Translations under genes and position numbers: made by a program
Assembly: GCA_021732445.1 (NCBI GenBank)
Contig: JAKFUZ010000022.1
Coordinates: 2,218-66,217 of the forward strand
Direction of reading: 5' to 3'
Length of the DNA stretch: 64,000 nt
Origin: Sphingomonas sp.
GTDB taxonomy: Bacteria; Pseudomonadota; Alphaproteobacteria; Sphingomonadales; Sphingomonadaceae
Part shown: positions 33,357 through 43,173 of the stretch, piece after piece
How positions within the stretch are numbered: position 1 is the stretch's first letter
Layout: the number at the start of each line of letters is the position of its first letter
The notes under the pieces: generated by a model
The model's database searches: none
What the model was told of the DNA's origin: nothing
The model's input: the letters and a program-made list of their open reading frames with translations, nothing else

Positions 33357-34801
33357 TTTTTCAATTCATCGCCAATGATGCGCACCACATGGAGCACATT
33401 GGTTGAGCCCGGTGTGCGAAACGGCACCCCGGCGATAATGATGACCCGGTCCCCGGCCTTGGCGAGGTGATGCCGGAGCACCATCCGCTTGGCCTTGGCC
33501 ACCATATCTTCGAAAGATTCGACATCTTTGGTGTGAACCGCGTGGGCGCCCCATAACAGGCCAAGCCGGCGCGCGGTCTCGATTTTGGGGGTCAGGACCA
33601 GCAGCGGCACCGAGGGCCGTTCGCGCGCCACGCGCCGCGCCGTCGAACCGGAGGCTGTAAAACAGATGATGGCGGCTGCCGACACGGTTTGCGCGATCGT
33701 CTTGGCGGCCTCGGCCAGCGCGTCGGCCGTTGTCGGGTCGGGCCGGGTGATGGTGAAATGCACCCGCTCACCGTGCATCGGGTCGCGCTCAACCGCCTCG
33801 GCGATCGAGTTCATCATCGCGACCGATTCGACCGGCCATGCACCGGCCGCGCTTTCGGCCGACAGCATGATCGCGTCGGCGCCGTCATACACAGCAGTTG
33901 CCACGTCCGACACTTCGGCGCGCGTCGGGGTGGGGGCGGTTATCATCGATTCGAGCATCTGTGTGGCGACGATCACCGGGCGGCCGAGCCGGCGCGATAC
34001 CTCGACAATGCGCTTTTGCAGCGGCGGCACCGATTCGGGCGGCAGTTCGACGCCCAGATCGCCCCGCGCCACCATAACGCCGTCGCAATGTTCGACGATT
34101 TCCTCCAGCCGATCGATCGCCGAGGGCTTTTCGATTTTGGCAAGCAACGCCGCGCGCCCCTCGATGAGGCGGCGGGCCTCGGCCAGATCTTCCGGTCGCT
34201 GCACGAAACTCAAAGCGACCCAGTCGACCTTTTGGTCCAGCGCAAAGGCAAGGTCGCTGCGGTCCTTGTCGGTCAGCGCCGCCATCGGCACCACCACGTC
34301 GGGCACGTTCAGCCCCTTGTTGTTCGACAGCGCGCCGCCAACCTCGACCCGGGATTCGATGCGGTCCGGCCCGTGCGCCGTCACCCGCAGCACCAGCTTG
34401 CCATCGTCGAGCAGCAGCCGGGCGCCGACCTCGATCGCTTCAAAAATCTCGCGGTGCGGCAGTTCCACCCGGCTCGCGTCACCGGGCGCGGTGTTGCGGT
34501 CAAGGATGAAGCTGGCACCCGTTACTAATTCGGTGCGGCCGCCGTGAAACTTGCCCACGCGCAGTTTTGGCCCCTGCAAATCGGCCAGGATGGTCGAGGG
34601 CCGGCCGATTTTGCGCTCCATCGCGCGAATAGCCTCGATAACCGCGACCTTAGACGCCTGGTCGCCATGGCTCATGTTGATGCGAAACGCGTCGGCACCC
34701 GCCTGGAACAGCTTTTCGATCATTTCGGGCGTGCTGCTGGCGGGGCCAAGCGTGGCCAGCACCCTGACCTTGCGCGAACGTGGGATAGTGACCTTGGTCA
34801 T
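33347..34801 (-). CDS. pyk: pyruvate kinase
   Basis: KVRVLATLGPASS, MSHGD, MVARGDLGVE and VIVATQMLESM are classic pyruvate kinase motifs. 484 aa. Confidence 0.95.
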   Translation of the reverse strand: MTKVTIPRSRKVRVLATLGPASSTPEMIEKLFQAGADAFRINMSHGDQASKVAVIEAIRAMERKIGRPSTILADLQGPKLRVGKFHGGRTELVTGASFILDRNTAPGDASRVELPHREIFEAIEVGARLLLDDGKLVLRVTAHGPDRIESRVEVGGALSNNKGLNVPDVVVPMAALTDKDRSDLAFALDQKVDWVALSFVQRPEDLAEARRLIEGRAALLAKIEKPSAIDRLEEIVEHCDGVMVARGDLGVELPPESVPPLQKRIVEVSRRLGRPVIVATQMLESMITAPTPTRAEVSDVATAVYDGADAIMLSAESAAGAWPVESVAMMNSIAEAVERDPMHGERVHFTITRPDPTTADALAEAAKTIAQTVSAAAIICFTASGSTARRVARERPSVPLLVLTPKIETARRLGLLWGAHAVHTKDVESFEDMVAKAKRMVLRHHLAKAGDRVIIIAGVPFRTPGSTNVLHVVRIIGDELKNYS

Positions 34802-34873
34802 GCTCGAAAACGTCCCCTTCGGCTTGTGCGCTACCGGCTGTAATCGCTATCTCGGACGGATCAACCTTGGAGA

Positions 34874-35188
34874 ATGACGATGGCATCAATTGAGACGTTG
34901 GACGACGCCGTGGCGGCCGCCGCGTTCCGCCGGCTGGTGGCGCATTTGCAGGCACGCACCGATGCGCAAAATGTCGATTTGATGGGGCTGGCCGGGTTTT
35001 GCCGCAATTGCCTGGGCGACTGGGTGGCCGAGGCGTCGGGCGGGGTGCTGGACAAGGCGGCTGGCCGCGAACTGGTCTACGGGATGCCTTATGCCCAGTG
35101 GAAAGCCGAGCATCAGGCCGAGGCGACGCCCGAGCAGCTCGCCCTGATGGCGGCAAGTGTTGCAAAAAACCCCGGCCACGCGGTTTGA
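34874..35188 (+). CDS. DUF1244 family protein
   Basis: The 104-aa sequence AAFRRLVAHLQARTDAQNVDLMGLAGFCRNCLGDWV matches my recollection of the conserved DUF1244 core. Confidence 0.75.
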   Translation: MTMASIETLDDAVAAAAFRRLVAHLQARTDAQNVDLMGLAGFCRNCLGDWVAEASGGVLDKAAGRELVYGMPYAQWKAEHQAEATPEQLALMAASVAKNPGHAV

Positions 35189-35243
35189 CGGCGCGCCAAA
35201 TCGGCCTAGGCTTTGGCCCGGCACGCATAATCGGGGGGATGGC

Positions 35244-36596
35244 ATGAACAGGATGATCGTATCGGCGGTGGCGCTTGCGCCGGGGCTGGCGGGCGGAGCG
35301 ATGGCGCAGACGGCACCGTCGCCCGTCGCTCCCGCCAGGGTGATCTATGTCTATGCCGGGCAATTGCTTGACCGGCCGGGCGAGCGCCCGCGCGGCAACG
35401 CGACCATCATCGTGCGCGATGGCAAGGTGGCCGAGGTGCGCGATGGCTATGCCGTAGCTGAACGCGGGGCGACGGTGCTTGACCTGAAGGACCGGTTCGT
35501 GATGCCGGGGCTTATCGACCTGCATGTCCATCTGTGGGGCATTGGCGGCGACCCGCTCAAGGTCCGGCTCGGCAAGCTTACCCGCGACGGGTTTGACGAT
35601 ATGGTCGAGGCACAGAAAAACGCGCGCGCCGATCTTGAGGCAGGCTTCACCACGGTGCGCGACCTGGGCGGCGATGTGCGCGGCATCCGGGCGCTGCGTG
35701 ACGCAATCGAGGCAGGCGAGATTGACGGTCCGTCGATCATCAATGCCGGGCAAATGATTTCGGTGACGGGCGGCCATGGCGACGGCGGCAACGGGCTTGC
35801 CGAGGAATTTGCAAACGCGGTGCACGCGACCGAAATCAACCTGTGCGACGGGCCGGATGCGTGCCGGCGCGCGGTGCGCGTGCAAATCGGGCTGGGCGCG
35901 CAAGTCATAAAATTTGCGGCAACCGGCGGCGTGCTGTCCAATGTCGCGGGTGGCCTTGGCCGCCAGATGACACCGGAGGAAATGAAGGCGATAGTCGACA
36001 CAGCGCACAGCTTTGGCCGCAAGGTCGCCGCGCACAGCCATGCCGCCGAAGGCACCAAGGCAGCGCTGGAGGCGGGCGTCGATTCGATCGAGCATGGCAG
36101 CTTCCTCGATGACGAGGCGATCCGGCTGTTCAAGGCGAAAGGCGCCTATCTGGTGCCGACGATGCTCGCCCCGCGCGCCGCGCTGGCGCAGGCGCGCGGC
36201 GGCCAGTTGCCGGCCGCGACCATTCCCAAGGCCGAAGCCGCCGCCGCCGCCATGCTCGACAGCCACCGCCGGGCAATTGCCGCGGGCGTGAAGATCGCGT
36301 TCGGCACCGACACCGGCGTGTCGAAGCACGGCGACAATGCGCGGGAATTTGCGCTGATGGTGACGGCGGGGATGACCCCGACGGCGGTGCTGCGCGCCGC
36401 AACACTTGATGCAGCCGACGCGCTTGGCCGCAAGGAGAGCCTTGGCTCGCTGGAGCCGGGCAAATTCGCTGATATTATCGCGGTTGCCGGGGATCCGCTC
36501 GCCGATGTGACGCGCATGGAGCATGTTGATTTTGTGATGCGCCACGGCGTTGCGGTGAAGCTGCGCGGCGCCCGCCAGGCTTTTCCACCGAATTGA
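35244..36596 (+). CDS. exported metal-dependent amidohydrolase (Xaa-Pro dipeptidase/imidazolonepropionase-like)
   Basis: ORF trimmed to MNRMIVSAVALAPGLAGGAMA|QT. HxH motif GLIDLHVHL. Later AAHSH, SIEHG and FGTD metal ligands. Confidence 0.85.
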   Translation: MNRMIVSAVALAPGLAGGAMAQTAPSPVAPARVIYVYAGQLLDRPGERPRGNATIIVRDGKVAEVRDGYAVAERGATVLDLKDRFVMPGLIDLHVHLWGIGGDPLKVRLGKLTRDGFDDMVEAQKNARADLEAGFTTVRDLGGDVRGIRALRDAIEAGEIDGPSIINAGQMISVTGGHGDGGNGLAEEFANAVHATEINLCDGPDACRRAVRVQIGLGAQVIKFAATGGVLSNVAGGLGRQMTPEEMKAIVDTAHSFGRKVAAHSHAAEGTKAALEAGVDSIEHGSFLDDEAIRLFKAKGAYLVPTMLAPRAALAQARGGQLPAATIPKAEAAAAAMLDSHRRAIAAGVKIAFGTDTGVSKHGDNAREFALMVTAGMTPTAVLRAATLDAADALGRKESLGSLEPGKFADIIAVAGDPLADVTRMEHVDFVMRHGVAVKLRGARQAFPPN

Positions 36597-36670
36597 TGGC
36601 GCAAGCCGGTTGAGCGGGCACGGGGGATCGCCTAGAGCCAGCCGCTTGATCGATTTCAGGAGCGATTTTA

Positions 36671-36910
36671 ATGACCGACAATATTTCGGCCGAGCAGCTT
36701 CGCCTGTTCATCGAACGCATCGAGCGGCTTGAAGAAGAGAAAAAGGCGATGGCCGACGACATCAAGGATGTGTACGCCGAGGCCAAGGCAACGGGTTTTG
36801 ACGCAAAGACGATGCGGACCATTGTTCGCTTGCGCAAAATGGAAAAGCACCACCGCGACGAGGCAGAAATGCTGCTCGATACTTATAAGGCAGCGCTCGG
36901 GCTGGCATGA
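36671..36910 (+). CDS. gapR: DUF2312 / GapR-family nucleoid-associated protein
   Basis: The 79-aa sequence [47 protein letters not shown] aligns closely with the Caulobacter GapR core as I remember it. Confidence 0.8.
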   Translation: MTDNISAEQLRLFIERIERLEEEKKAMADDIKDVYAEAKATGFDAKTMRTIVRLRKMEKHHRDEAEMLLDTYKAALGLA

Positions 36911-36948
36911 GCGCGCTGCACTGACGATTTTACTGATAGAGACCACGC

Positions 36949-37692
36949 ATGGCAGGCCATTCCAAGTTCAAGAACATCATGCATCGCAAAGGGGCGCAGG
37001 ACAAAAAGCGCTCGGGCGCCTTTTCCAAGCTGAGCCGCGAAATTACCGTTGCGGCCAAGATGGGCCTGCCCGACCCCGACATGAACCCGCGGCTGCGCGC
37101 CGCCGTCAATGCGGCCAAGGCAGCGTCCATGCCCAAGGACAATATCCAGCGCTCGATCGACAAGGCGAGCCGGGGCGATGCCGAGAATTACGAGGAAATC
37201 CGCTATGAAGGCTTTGGCCCCGGCGGCGTGTCGCTCATCATCGAGGCGCTGACCGACAATCGCAACCGCACTGCAACCAATGTGCGCACTGCCGTTTCCA
37301 AGAATGGCGGCAATCTGGGCGCAAGCGGCTCGGTGAGCCACGCGTTCGACCGGGTGGGCCTGATTACTTATCCCGCGAGCGCGGGCAATGCCGAAACGGT
37401 GTTCGAGGCTGCGCTGGAGGCCGGCGCCGAGGATGTGACGTCGAGCGAGGAGGGCCATGAAATCTGGACCGCGCAGGGCGACCTGCACGAAGTCGCCAAG
37501 GCGCTGGCCCCCGTGCTCGGCGAGGCCGAAGGGGCAAAACTCGCCTGGCGCCCGCAGACCATGGTCGAGGTTGGCGAAACCGACGCGGCCACGCTCTTCA
37601 AGCTGATCGACGCGCTCGACGATGATGACGACGTACAGACCGTCTGGGGCAATTATGATGTGCCCGACGCGGTGATGGAAAAGCTGGGCTGA
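36949..37692 (+). CDS. YebC/PmpR family DNA-binding transcriptional regulator
   Basis: [28 protein letters not shown]...YEGFGPGGV is the hallmark YebC N-terminus. Confidence 0.95.
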   Translation: MAGHSKFKNIMHRKGAQDKKRSGAFSKLSREITVAAKMGLPDPDMNPRLRAAVNAAKAASMPKDNIQRSIDKASRGDAENYEEIRYEGFGPGGVSLIIEALTDNRNRTATNVRTAVSKNGGNLGASGSVSHAFDRVGLITYPASAGNAETVFEAALEAGAEDVTSSEEGHEIWTAQGDLHEVAKALAPVLGEAEGAKLAWRPQTMVEVGETDAATLFKLIDALDDDDDVQTVWGNYDVPDAVMEKLG

Positions 37693-37703
37693 GCGGGGGC
37701 GGG

Positions 37704-38099
37704 GTGATGAACGAGGCAATCGCACAAACACTGGGCGCCTATGCCAAAGCGTGGCAGGCGGGTGATCTGGGCACGATCATGGCGGCCTATCATGACGAAT
37801 TCGTGCTGCATTATTTCGGGAACAACCCGCTGGCCGGGCGCCATGCGGGCAAGGCCACGGCGCTTGGGGTGCTGGGTGATTTTTCGCGCCGCACCAACCG
37901 CCGGCTGATCGAGATTGTCAGCGTGATGGCGGGCGACACGCGCGGGGCGATCATCACGCGCGAGCAGCTGGGGCCTGACGGGGCGGCTATCGAGGTGGAG
38001 CGGGTGCTGGTGTACCGCGTCACAGGCGGCCAGCTTGCCGAATGCTGGGTCTATGACGCGGACCAGGCGATGATCGACCGGCTGATTGGCCCGGTGTGA
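37704..38099 (+). CDS. NTF2/SnoaL-like small protein
   Basis: 131 aa with a SnoaL-like pattern ([26 protein letters not shown]...). Its stop overlaps the ruvC start (GTGA). Confidence 0.6.
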   Translation: MMNEAIAQTLGAYAKAWQAGDLGTIMAAYHDEFVLHYFGNNPLAGRHAGKATALGVLGDFSRRTNRRLIEIVSVMAGDTRGAIITREQLGPDGAAIEVERVLVYRVTGGQLAECWVYDADQAMIDRLIGPV

Positions 38100-38587
38100 T
38101 CCTGCTCGGGCTCGACCCCGGCCTTGGCACCACCGGCTGGGGCCTGATTCGTGCCGAGGGCAATTGCCTGTCGCACCTCGCCAATGGTCGGCTGAAGACT
38201 GACAGCGCCGCCCCACTGGCGCGCCGGCTCGCGCATCTCGATGCGATGCTGACGGCGCTGGTTGCCGACCATGCGCCGGCCGCGGCCGCGGTGGAGGAGG
38301 TGTTCGTCAACGCCAATCCGCAATCCACGCTGAAGCTGGGGCAGGCGCGCGGTGTCGTCATTTGCGCGGTGGCGCGCGCCGGGCTGGAGGTGGGCGAATA
38401 TGCCGCGCGGCTCGTCAAAAAATCAGTGGTGGGCGTTGGCAGTGCCGACAAGGCGCAGGTGCACGCAATGGTTGCCCGGCTGCTCCCCGGTGTGGTGATT
38501 GACGGCGCCGACGCAGCCGATGCGCTCGCCGTTGCGATTTGCCACGCCCATCACCTGGCGAGCCTGCGCGTCATGCTGGCGCGCTAG
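38096..38587 (+). CDS. ruvC: crossover junction endodeoxyribonuclease RuvC
   Basis: [18 protein letters not shown] carries the catalytic Asp. Also [20 protein letters not shown] and [12 protein letters not shown]. Confidence 0.9.
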   Translation: MILLGLDPGLGTTGWGLIRAEGNCLSHLANGRLKTDSAAPLARRLAHLDAMLTALVADHAPAAAAVEEVFVNANPQSTLKLGQARGVVICAVARAGLEVGEYAARLVKKSVVGVGSADKAQVHAMVARLLPGVVIDGADAADALAVAICHAHHLASLRVMLAR

Positions 38588-38744
38588 CCTGCCTCGCCCG
38601 AATTCGCTTTCCTACACCCCCTTGTTCCGGTTACGTACCGCTGATGCCCGCCCCTGCTCCCCCATTCTTGGCTGATCGTGGAACCGCCGCGACGCACCCG
38701 GTGCGGCGCACCGGCGCGCAACGCGCAGCGTTGTGGGGCCTGTC

Positions 38745-39347
38745 GTGATCGCGCACCTCAAAGGCCGAGTTGAGGCAACCGGCATCGATTTTGCCGTGAT
38801 CGACGTGGGCGGCGTTGGCTATCTGGTCGGCGCATCGGCGCGCACGCTGGCGGCGATTGGTCCGGTGGGGGAGGGCGTGATGCTCCACACCGAAATGCTG
38901 GTGGGCGAGGATTTCATTCGCCTGGTGGGCTTTGCCAGCGCCGCCGAGCGCGACTGGTTCCGGCTGCTGACGGGCGTGCAGGGGGTGGGCGCCCGGGTGG
39001 CGCTGGCGATCCTTTCCACACTGGAGCCGGGCGATCTGAGCCGCGCGATTGCCGCGCAAGACAAGGCGATGGTGGCGCGGGCAAATGGTGTTGGCCCCAA
39101 ACTCGCCGAGCGGATCGTGCGCGAACTGAAAGACAAGGTGGGCGGCGTGGCGCTTGGTTCGGCGGGCATGGGTGCAGGCGTCGCACCGGCGGCGGGGCCA
39201 GCCGCGGATGCAGTGTCGGCGCTGCTCAACCTGGGCTTTCGCCCGGCCGAGGCGGCGGGCGCGGTGGCCGCAGCGGAAGCCGAACTGGGCGAGGGGGCAG
39301 GGCTGGACGCGCTGGTGCGGCTCGCGCTCAGAAAGGCGGCGACGTGA
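38745..39347 (+). CDS. ruvA: Holliday junction DNA helicase subunit RuvA
   Basis: GTG 38745 gives (M)[27 protein letters not shown]. HhH region [17 protein letters not shown] / [11 protein letters not shown]. Confidence 0.9.
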   Translation: MIAHLKGRVEATGIDFAVIDVGGVGYLVGASARTLAAIGPVGEGVMLHTEMLVGEDFIRLVGFASAAERDWFRLLTGVQGVGARVALAILSTLEPGDLSRAIAAQDKAMVARANGVGPKLAERIVRELKDKVGGVALGSAGMGAGVAPAAGPAADAVSALLNLGFRPAEAAGAVAAAEAELGEGAGLDALVRLALRKAAT

Positions 39348-39450
39348 GCGCTACGATGCGGCATCGGTTCCCCGTTGCGACCGGAAATTGCGCCCGGCAG
39401 CCATTCACTTGCGTGCCGGAAGGGCGCGTGACCCGCCACGGAGAAACGGC

Positions 39451-40218
39451 ATGACGACCAAAATCTCTCCTCTGTCGGTGGCCAAGGTGCCGGCGGTGAC
39501 ATTTGGCTTTTGGGTCATCAAGATTTTGGCGACCACGCTTGGTGAAACGGCGGGCGACACGTTGAGCATGAGTTTTCACTGGGGGTATCTTGCCAGCACC
39601 GGCGTTCTTGCGGGCATTCTGGCGGTGTTGATCTGGCGGCAAATCGCGGCCGCGCAATATCATGCAGTGCTATATTGGGCGACGATCATCGCGTCGACGA
39701 CGGCGGGCACCACGCTTGCAGATTTCGCCACCCGGTCGCTCGGGATCGGTTATACCGGCGGCGCGACGGTGCTCGCCGCTGGCGTGCTGCTGTCGTTGCT
39801 GGTGTGGCGCTGGGCTTTAGGGTCGATTGCCGTTGAAACCGTGCACGAGCCGCGCGCCGAGCTGTTTTATTGGGTTACGATTACCCTGTCGCAAACGCTG
39901 GGCACGGCGCTTGGCGACTGGACGGCGGATACAGGCGGGCTGGGATATCTGGGTGCCGCGGCCATTTTTGCCGGGTTGTTGGTGGTGCTGGCGATTGCCT
40001 ACTACTTCACTGCGCTCAGTCGGGTGATGCTGTTCTGGGCGGCATTCATCCTGACGCGGCCTTTGGGCGCGGCGGTCGGAGATTTTCTCGACAAGCCGGT
40101 GGATCATGGCGGGCTCGATCTCAGCCGTCCGGTCGCGTCGCTGGCGCTGGCGCTGGCGATAGCGGCCTGCGTTGCCCTGTTTCCGCGCCGCGCCGCGCCC
40201 ATCGTGGCGGACCGATGA
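39451..40218 (+). CDS. polytopic membrane protein (COG4705-like) inserted between ruvA and ruvB
   Basis: ORF 39154-40218 trimmed to [15 protein letters not shown] fourfold repeated helix motif W-x-[IT]-[IT]-x(3)-[TP]-x-G-x(3)-[GA]-D appears as [48 protein letters not shown] and [16 protein letters not shown]. Its stop overlaps the ruvB ATG. Confidence 0.75.
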   Translation: MTTKISPLSVAKVPAVTFGFWVIKILATTLGETAGDTLSMSFHWGYLASTGVLAGILAVLIWRQIAAAQYHAVLYWATIIASTTAGTTLADFATRSLGIGYTGGATVLAAGVLLSLLVWRWALGSIAVETVHEPRAELFYWVTITLSQTLGTALGDWTADTGGLGYLGAAAIFAGLLVVLAIAYYFTALSRVMLFWAAFILTRPLGAAVGDFLDKPVDHGGLDLSRPVASLALALAIAACVALFPRRAAPIVADR

Positions 40219-41234
40219 CCGCCAACCCCCTCACCTCTGCCGACCGTGCCCCCGAGGATGTCGACGCCGCGTTGCGCCCGAAATCGCTTGACGAATTTGT
40301 CGGGCAAAAGGCCGCGCGCGAGAATTTGCGCGTGTTTATCGAGGCTGCGCGCGGGCGCGGTGATGCGCTTGACCATGTGCTGTTTTTTGGCCCCCCGGGG
40401 CTTGGCAAGACGACGCTTGCGCAGATTATCGCGCGGGAAATGGGGGTGGGGTTCCGCGCCACGTCTGGCCCGGTCATCGCCAAGTCAGGCGATCTGGCAG
40501 CACTCCTCACCAATCTTGAGGACGGCGACGTGCTGTTCATTGACGAGATTCACCGGCTCCAGCCAGCGGTTGAGGAAGTGCTGTACCCAGCGATGGAAGA
40601 CCGTGCGCTTGATTTGATGATCGGCGAAGGGCCGTCGGCGCGCAGCGTGCGGATTGATTTGCCCAAATTCACGCTGGTGGGCGCAACGACGCGTCAGGGC
40701 CTGCTCACCACGCCCTTGCGCGACCGGTTCGGCATTCCGGTGCGCTTGCATTTCTATTCGGTGGCCGAGCTGGAAAAGGTCGTCACGCGCGCCGCGCGGC
40801 TGCTTGATCTGGCGATGACTCCCGAAGGCGCGACGGAAGTTGCCCGGCGCTCGCGCGGGACGCCGCGCATCGCCGGGCGGCTGCTGCGCCGGGTGCGCGA
40901 CTTTGCCAGTGTCGCCGGCACGGCCGTGGTCGATGCAGCGGCCGCCGACGCGGCGCTCAACCGGCTGGAGGTGGATGCGCTGGGGCTCGATGCGATGGAC
41001 CGGCGCTATCTCATGATGATTGCCGATATTTACCGGGGCGGGCCGGTTGGCGTTGAGACGCTGGCCGCCGGGCTGTCGGAGCCGCGCGACACGATAGAGG
41101 AAGTCATCGAGCCTTATCTCATCCAGCTTGGGCTGGTGGCGCGAACCGCGCGCGGGCGCTGCCTCAACGCGGGCGGATGGAAGCACCTCGGCCTGAACCC
41201 GCCGGCCGGCAGCCAGGACGGGCTGTTCGAGTAA
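40215..41234 (+). CDS. ruvB: Holliday junction DNA helicase RuvB
   Basis: ORF 39870-41234 trimmed to [11 protein letters not shown]...[12 protein letters not shown]. Walker [12 protein letters not shown]. Walker [25 protein letters not shown] also present. Confidence 0.95.
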   Translation: MTANPLTSADRAPEDVDAALRPKSLDEFVGQKAARENLRVFIEAARGRGDALDHVLFFGPPGLGKTTLAQIIAREMGVGFRATSGPVIAKSGDLAALLTNLEDGDVLFIDEIHRLQPAVEEVLYPAMEDRALDLMIGEGPSARSVRIDLPKFTLVGATTRQGLLTTPLRDRFGIPVRLHFYSVAELEKVVTRAARLLDLAMTPEGATEVARRSRGTPRIAGRLLRRVRDFASVAGTAVVDAAAADAALNRLEVDALGLDAMDRRYLMMIADIYRGGPVGVETLAAGLSEPRDTIEEVIEPYLIQLGLVARTARGRCLNAGGWKHLGLNPPAGSQDGLFE

Positions 41235-41436
41235 GTTCGGCGCGACGACGGGCCTGCATGATTTGCGCGATGACGCCGCCCATCAGCGCGATGCCGATGC
41301 CGATGAGGGTGCCGCCGGCGGTCTCGGCATCGACGCCCAAAATCGGTACGCCGCTGTTTGCGATGAGCTGCCCGCCCAGCGCAGGTGCCGCTGCCATCAC
41401 GACCAGAAAATGCGGGAAAGGGGAACGCGCAGCCAT
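41164..41436 (-). CDS. possible small two-TM membrane protein, convergent with and overlapping the ruvB 3' end
   Basis: [65 protein letters not shown].... Host-like codons (ggc/atc/gcg/ctg). An aaagga SD lies 7 nt upstream. The last ~24 codons overlap ruvB, which makes the 3' part doubtful. Confidence 0.3.
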   Translation of the reverse strand: MAARSPFPHFLVVMAAAPALGGQLIANSGVPILGVDAETAGGTLIGIGIALMGGVIAQIMQARRRAELTRTARPGCRPAGSGRGASIRPR

Positions 41437-41544
41437 CGGACAAGTCCTTTGATGCACCAGTTAAGCCCGGCGCGCCGTGCCGTGAAAGCGCGTTTACCAC
41501 AGCGGGGATTCCCTAGTTGGGACAGAGCCGCTACACGCGCGGCA

Positions 41545-42021
41545 GTGATTGACCGCGACACACCCCAGACCGGCCGTTTTGTGGGCCGAGAGCACCGCTT
41601 CCCGGTGCGTGTCTATTTCGAGGACACGGACCTGTCGGGCGTGGTCTATCACGCCAATTATCTGCGCTACATGGAACGGGCCCGGTCTGACATGCTGCGC
41701 CTTGCCGGGATTGACCAGCGCGCCGCCCATGATGCCGGGATTGGCGTTTATGCGGTGAGCGAGGTGGCGTTGCGCTATGCAGCGCCTGCCCGTCTGGAGG
41801 ATGCGCTGGTGATCGTCAGCCGCCTGGTTGAAATTCGCGCGGCATCATCGCGCATTCATCAACGAGTCATGCGCGACGGGCTGATAATGGCCGAAGGAAC
41901 GGTGAGGGCGGTGTTTCTTTCGATGGCGGGGCGGCCGGTGCGGCAGCCCCGCTTGTGGATGGCCGCGTTCGAGCAGCTTGTCTGGGCACAGGATCAAGGC
42001 GAAACAAAGGGAGCCGAATGA
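41545..42021 (+). CDS. ybgC: tol-pal-associated acyl-CoA thioesterase YbgC (4HBT family)
   Basis: HRFPVRVYFEDTDLSGVVYHANYLRYMERAR is the hotdog-fold thioesterase signature. The start is uncertain (GTG 41545 chosen). The stop overlaps the tolQ ATG. Confidence 0.8.
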   Translation: MIDRDTPQTGRFVGREHRFPVRVYFEDTDLSGVVYHANYLRYMERARSDMLRLAGIDQRAAHDAGIGVYAVSEVALRYAAPARLEDALVIVSRLVEIRAASSRIHQRVMRDGLIMAEGTVRAVFLSMAGRPVRQPRLWMAAFEQLVWAQDQGETKGAE

Positions 42022-42725
42022 CTTTTGCATTCAACACCGACGCGACCACCCTGTCGCCCATCGCGCTGTTCCTGCAAGCCGATATCGTGGTCAAGGTCGT
42101 GATGATCGGGCTGCTTCTGGCGAGCATCTGGACATGGGCCATCATCTTCCACTTCGCCCTCAAGATCGGGCGGACCCACCGGCGCGGCGAGAATTTTGAG
42201 CGCGAATTTTGGCGCGCGACCGATATTGATGCCTTCCACAAGGCTGAAGGCGCCGCCGACCTGCCCATTGCGCGCGTGTTTTCCGCCGGTGTGGCCGAAT
42301 GGCGGCGCTCTACCGCCAGTGGTGCGGTTGACCGGGAGGGCACGCGCGAGCGGCTGGCAACCGCGATGGGGGCCGCCGTTGCAAGCGAGATCGACAAATT
42401 GTCGGACCGGCTGAACATTCTGGCGACGGTCGGCGCGGTGGCGCCTTTTGTTGGCTTGTTCGGCACGGTGTGGGGCATCATGCGCAGCTTCACCGGCATC
42501 GCGCAGGCGCAAAGCTCGTCGCTTGCCGTTGTCGCGCCCGGAATTGCCGAGGCGTTGTTTGCGACCGCGATTGGCCTGTTCGCGGCTATTCCGGCGGTTA
42601 TCGGCTATAACCGCTTCGGCCACGGCATCAACCGCATCGAAGCGCGGCTGAACCGCTTTGCCGACGGGTTCCATGCAACCCTAAGCCGCCAGCTCGAAGG
42701 GCTGGGGCCACGGGGTCGCGGCTGA
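42018..42725 (+). CDS. tolQ: Tol-Pal system protein TolQ
   Basis: MotA/TolQ/ExbB family. Three TM segments. LATVGAVAPFVGLFGTVWGIM...IAEALFATAIGL. Confidence 0.9.
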   Translation: MTFAFNTDATTLSPIALFLQADIVVKVVMIGLLLASIWTWAIIFHFALKIGRTHRRGENFEREFWRATDIDAFHKAEGAADLPIARVFSAGVAEWRRSTASGAVDREGTRERLATAMGAAVASEIDKLSDRLNILATVGAVAPFVGLFGTVWGIMRSFTGIAQAQSSSLAVVAPGIAEALFATAIGLFAAIPAVIGYNRFGHGINRIEARLNRFADGFHATLSRQLEGLGPRGRG

Positions 42726-43162
42726 TGGCGATGCAGCTTCCCTCGCAGCGATCGCGCGGGCGGCGGGCGCCCATGGCCGATATTAACGTGACGCCGCTGG
42801 TCGATGTGATGTTGGTGCTGCTCATCATCTTCATGGTGACGGCGCCGCTGCTGACCGCCGGCGTCCCCGTGCAATTGCCCGACAGCCGCGCCACGGCGCT
42901 GGATGTCGCCGCCAAGCCGCTACAGGTGTCGATCGACGATGGCGGCCGCATTTTTGTTGACGACAAGCCGGTGGACGAAGCCGCGCTGCCCGATGCGCTG
43001 GCGCAGATTGTTGCGCGCGCTCCGCAAGGCAAGCCGCCCGAGACCTATCTGCGTGCGGACAAGAGCCTGCCCTATGGCGATGTGATGCGCGTGATGGGCG
43101 AGCTGAACCGCGCCGGGCTGAACCGCGTGGCGATGGTCACGGTCGTTCGCGGCGGGCGTTGA
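42725..43162 (+). CDS. tolR: Tol-Pal system protein TolR (ExbD family)
   Basis: ADINVTPLVDVMLVLLIIFMVTAP, followed by a periplasmic domain. Confidence 0.9.
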   Translation: MAMQLPSQRSRGRRAPMADINVTPLVDVMLVLLIIFMVTAPLLTAGVPVQLPDSRATALDVAAKPLQVSIDDGGRIFVDDKPVDEAALPDALAQIVARAPQGKPPETYLRADKSLPYGDVMRVMGELNRAGLNRVAMVTVVRGGR

Positions 43163-43173
43163 AGGGGGCTGGC

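Noticed and set aside
34650-36545. 631-aa minus-strand ORF covering DUF1244 and the amidohydrolase gene
   Set aside because: The translation is Arg/Ala/Pro/Gly-rich nonsense with no motifs. It lies antisense to a gene with clear HxH amidohydrolase motifs and a signal peptide. This is a typical long shadow ORF of high-G+C DNA.
39154-39450. N-terminal extensions of the membrane-protein ORF (39154), the ruvB ORF (39870) and the ybgC ORF (41263)
   Set aside because: The extensions overlap upstream genes or are Arg-rich non-coding-like. Family-typical N-termini with SD or ATGA coupling occur at 39451, 40215 and ~41545.
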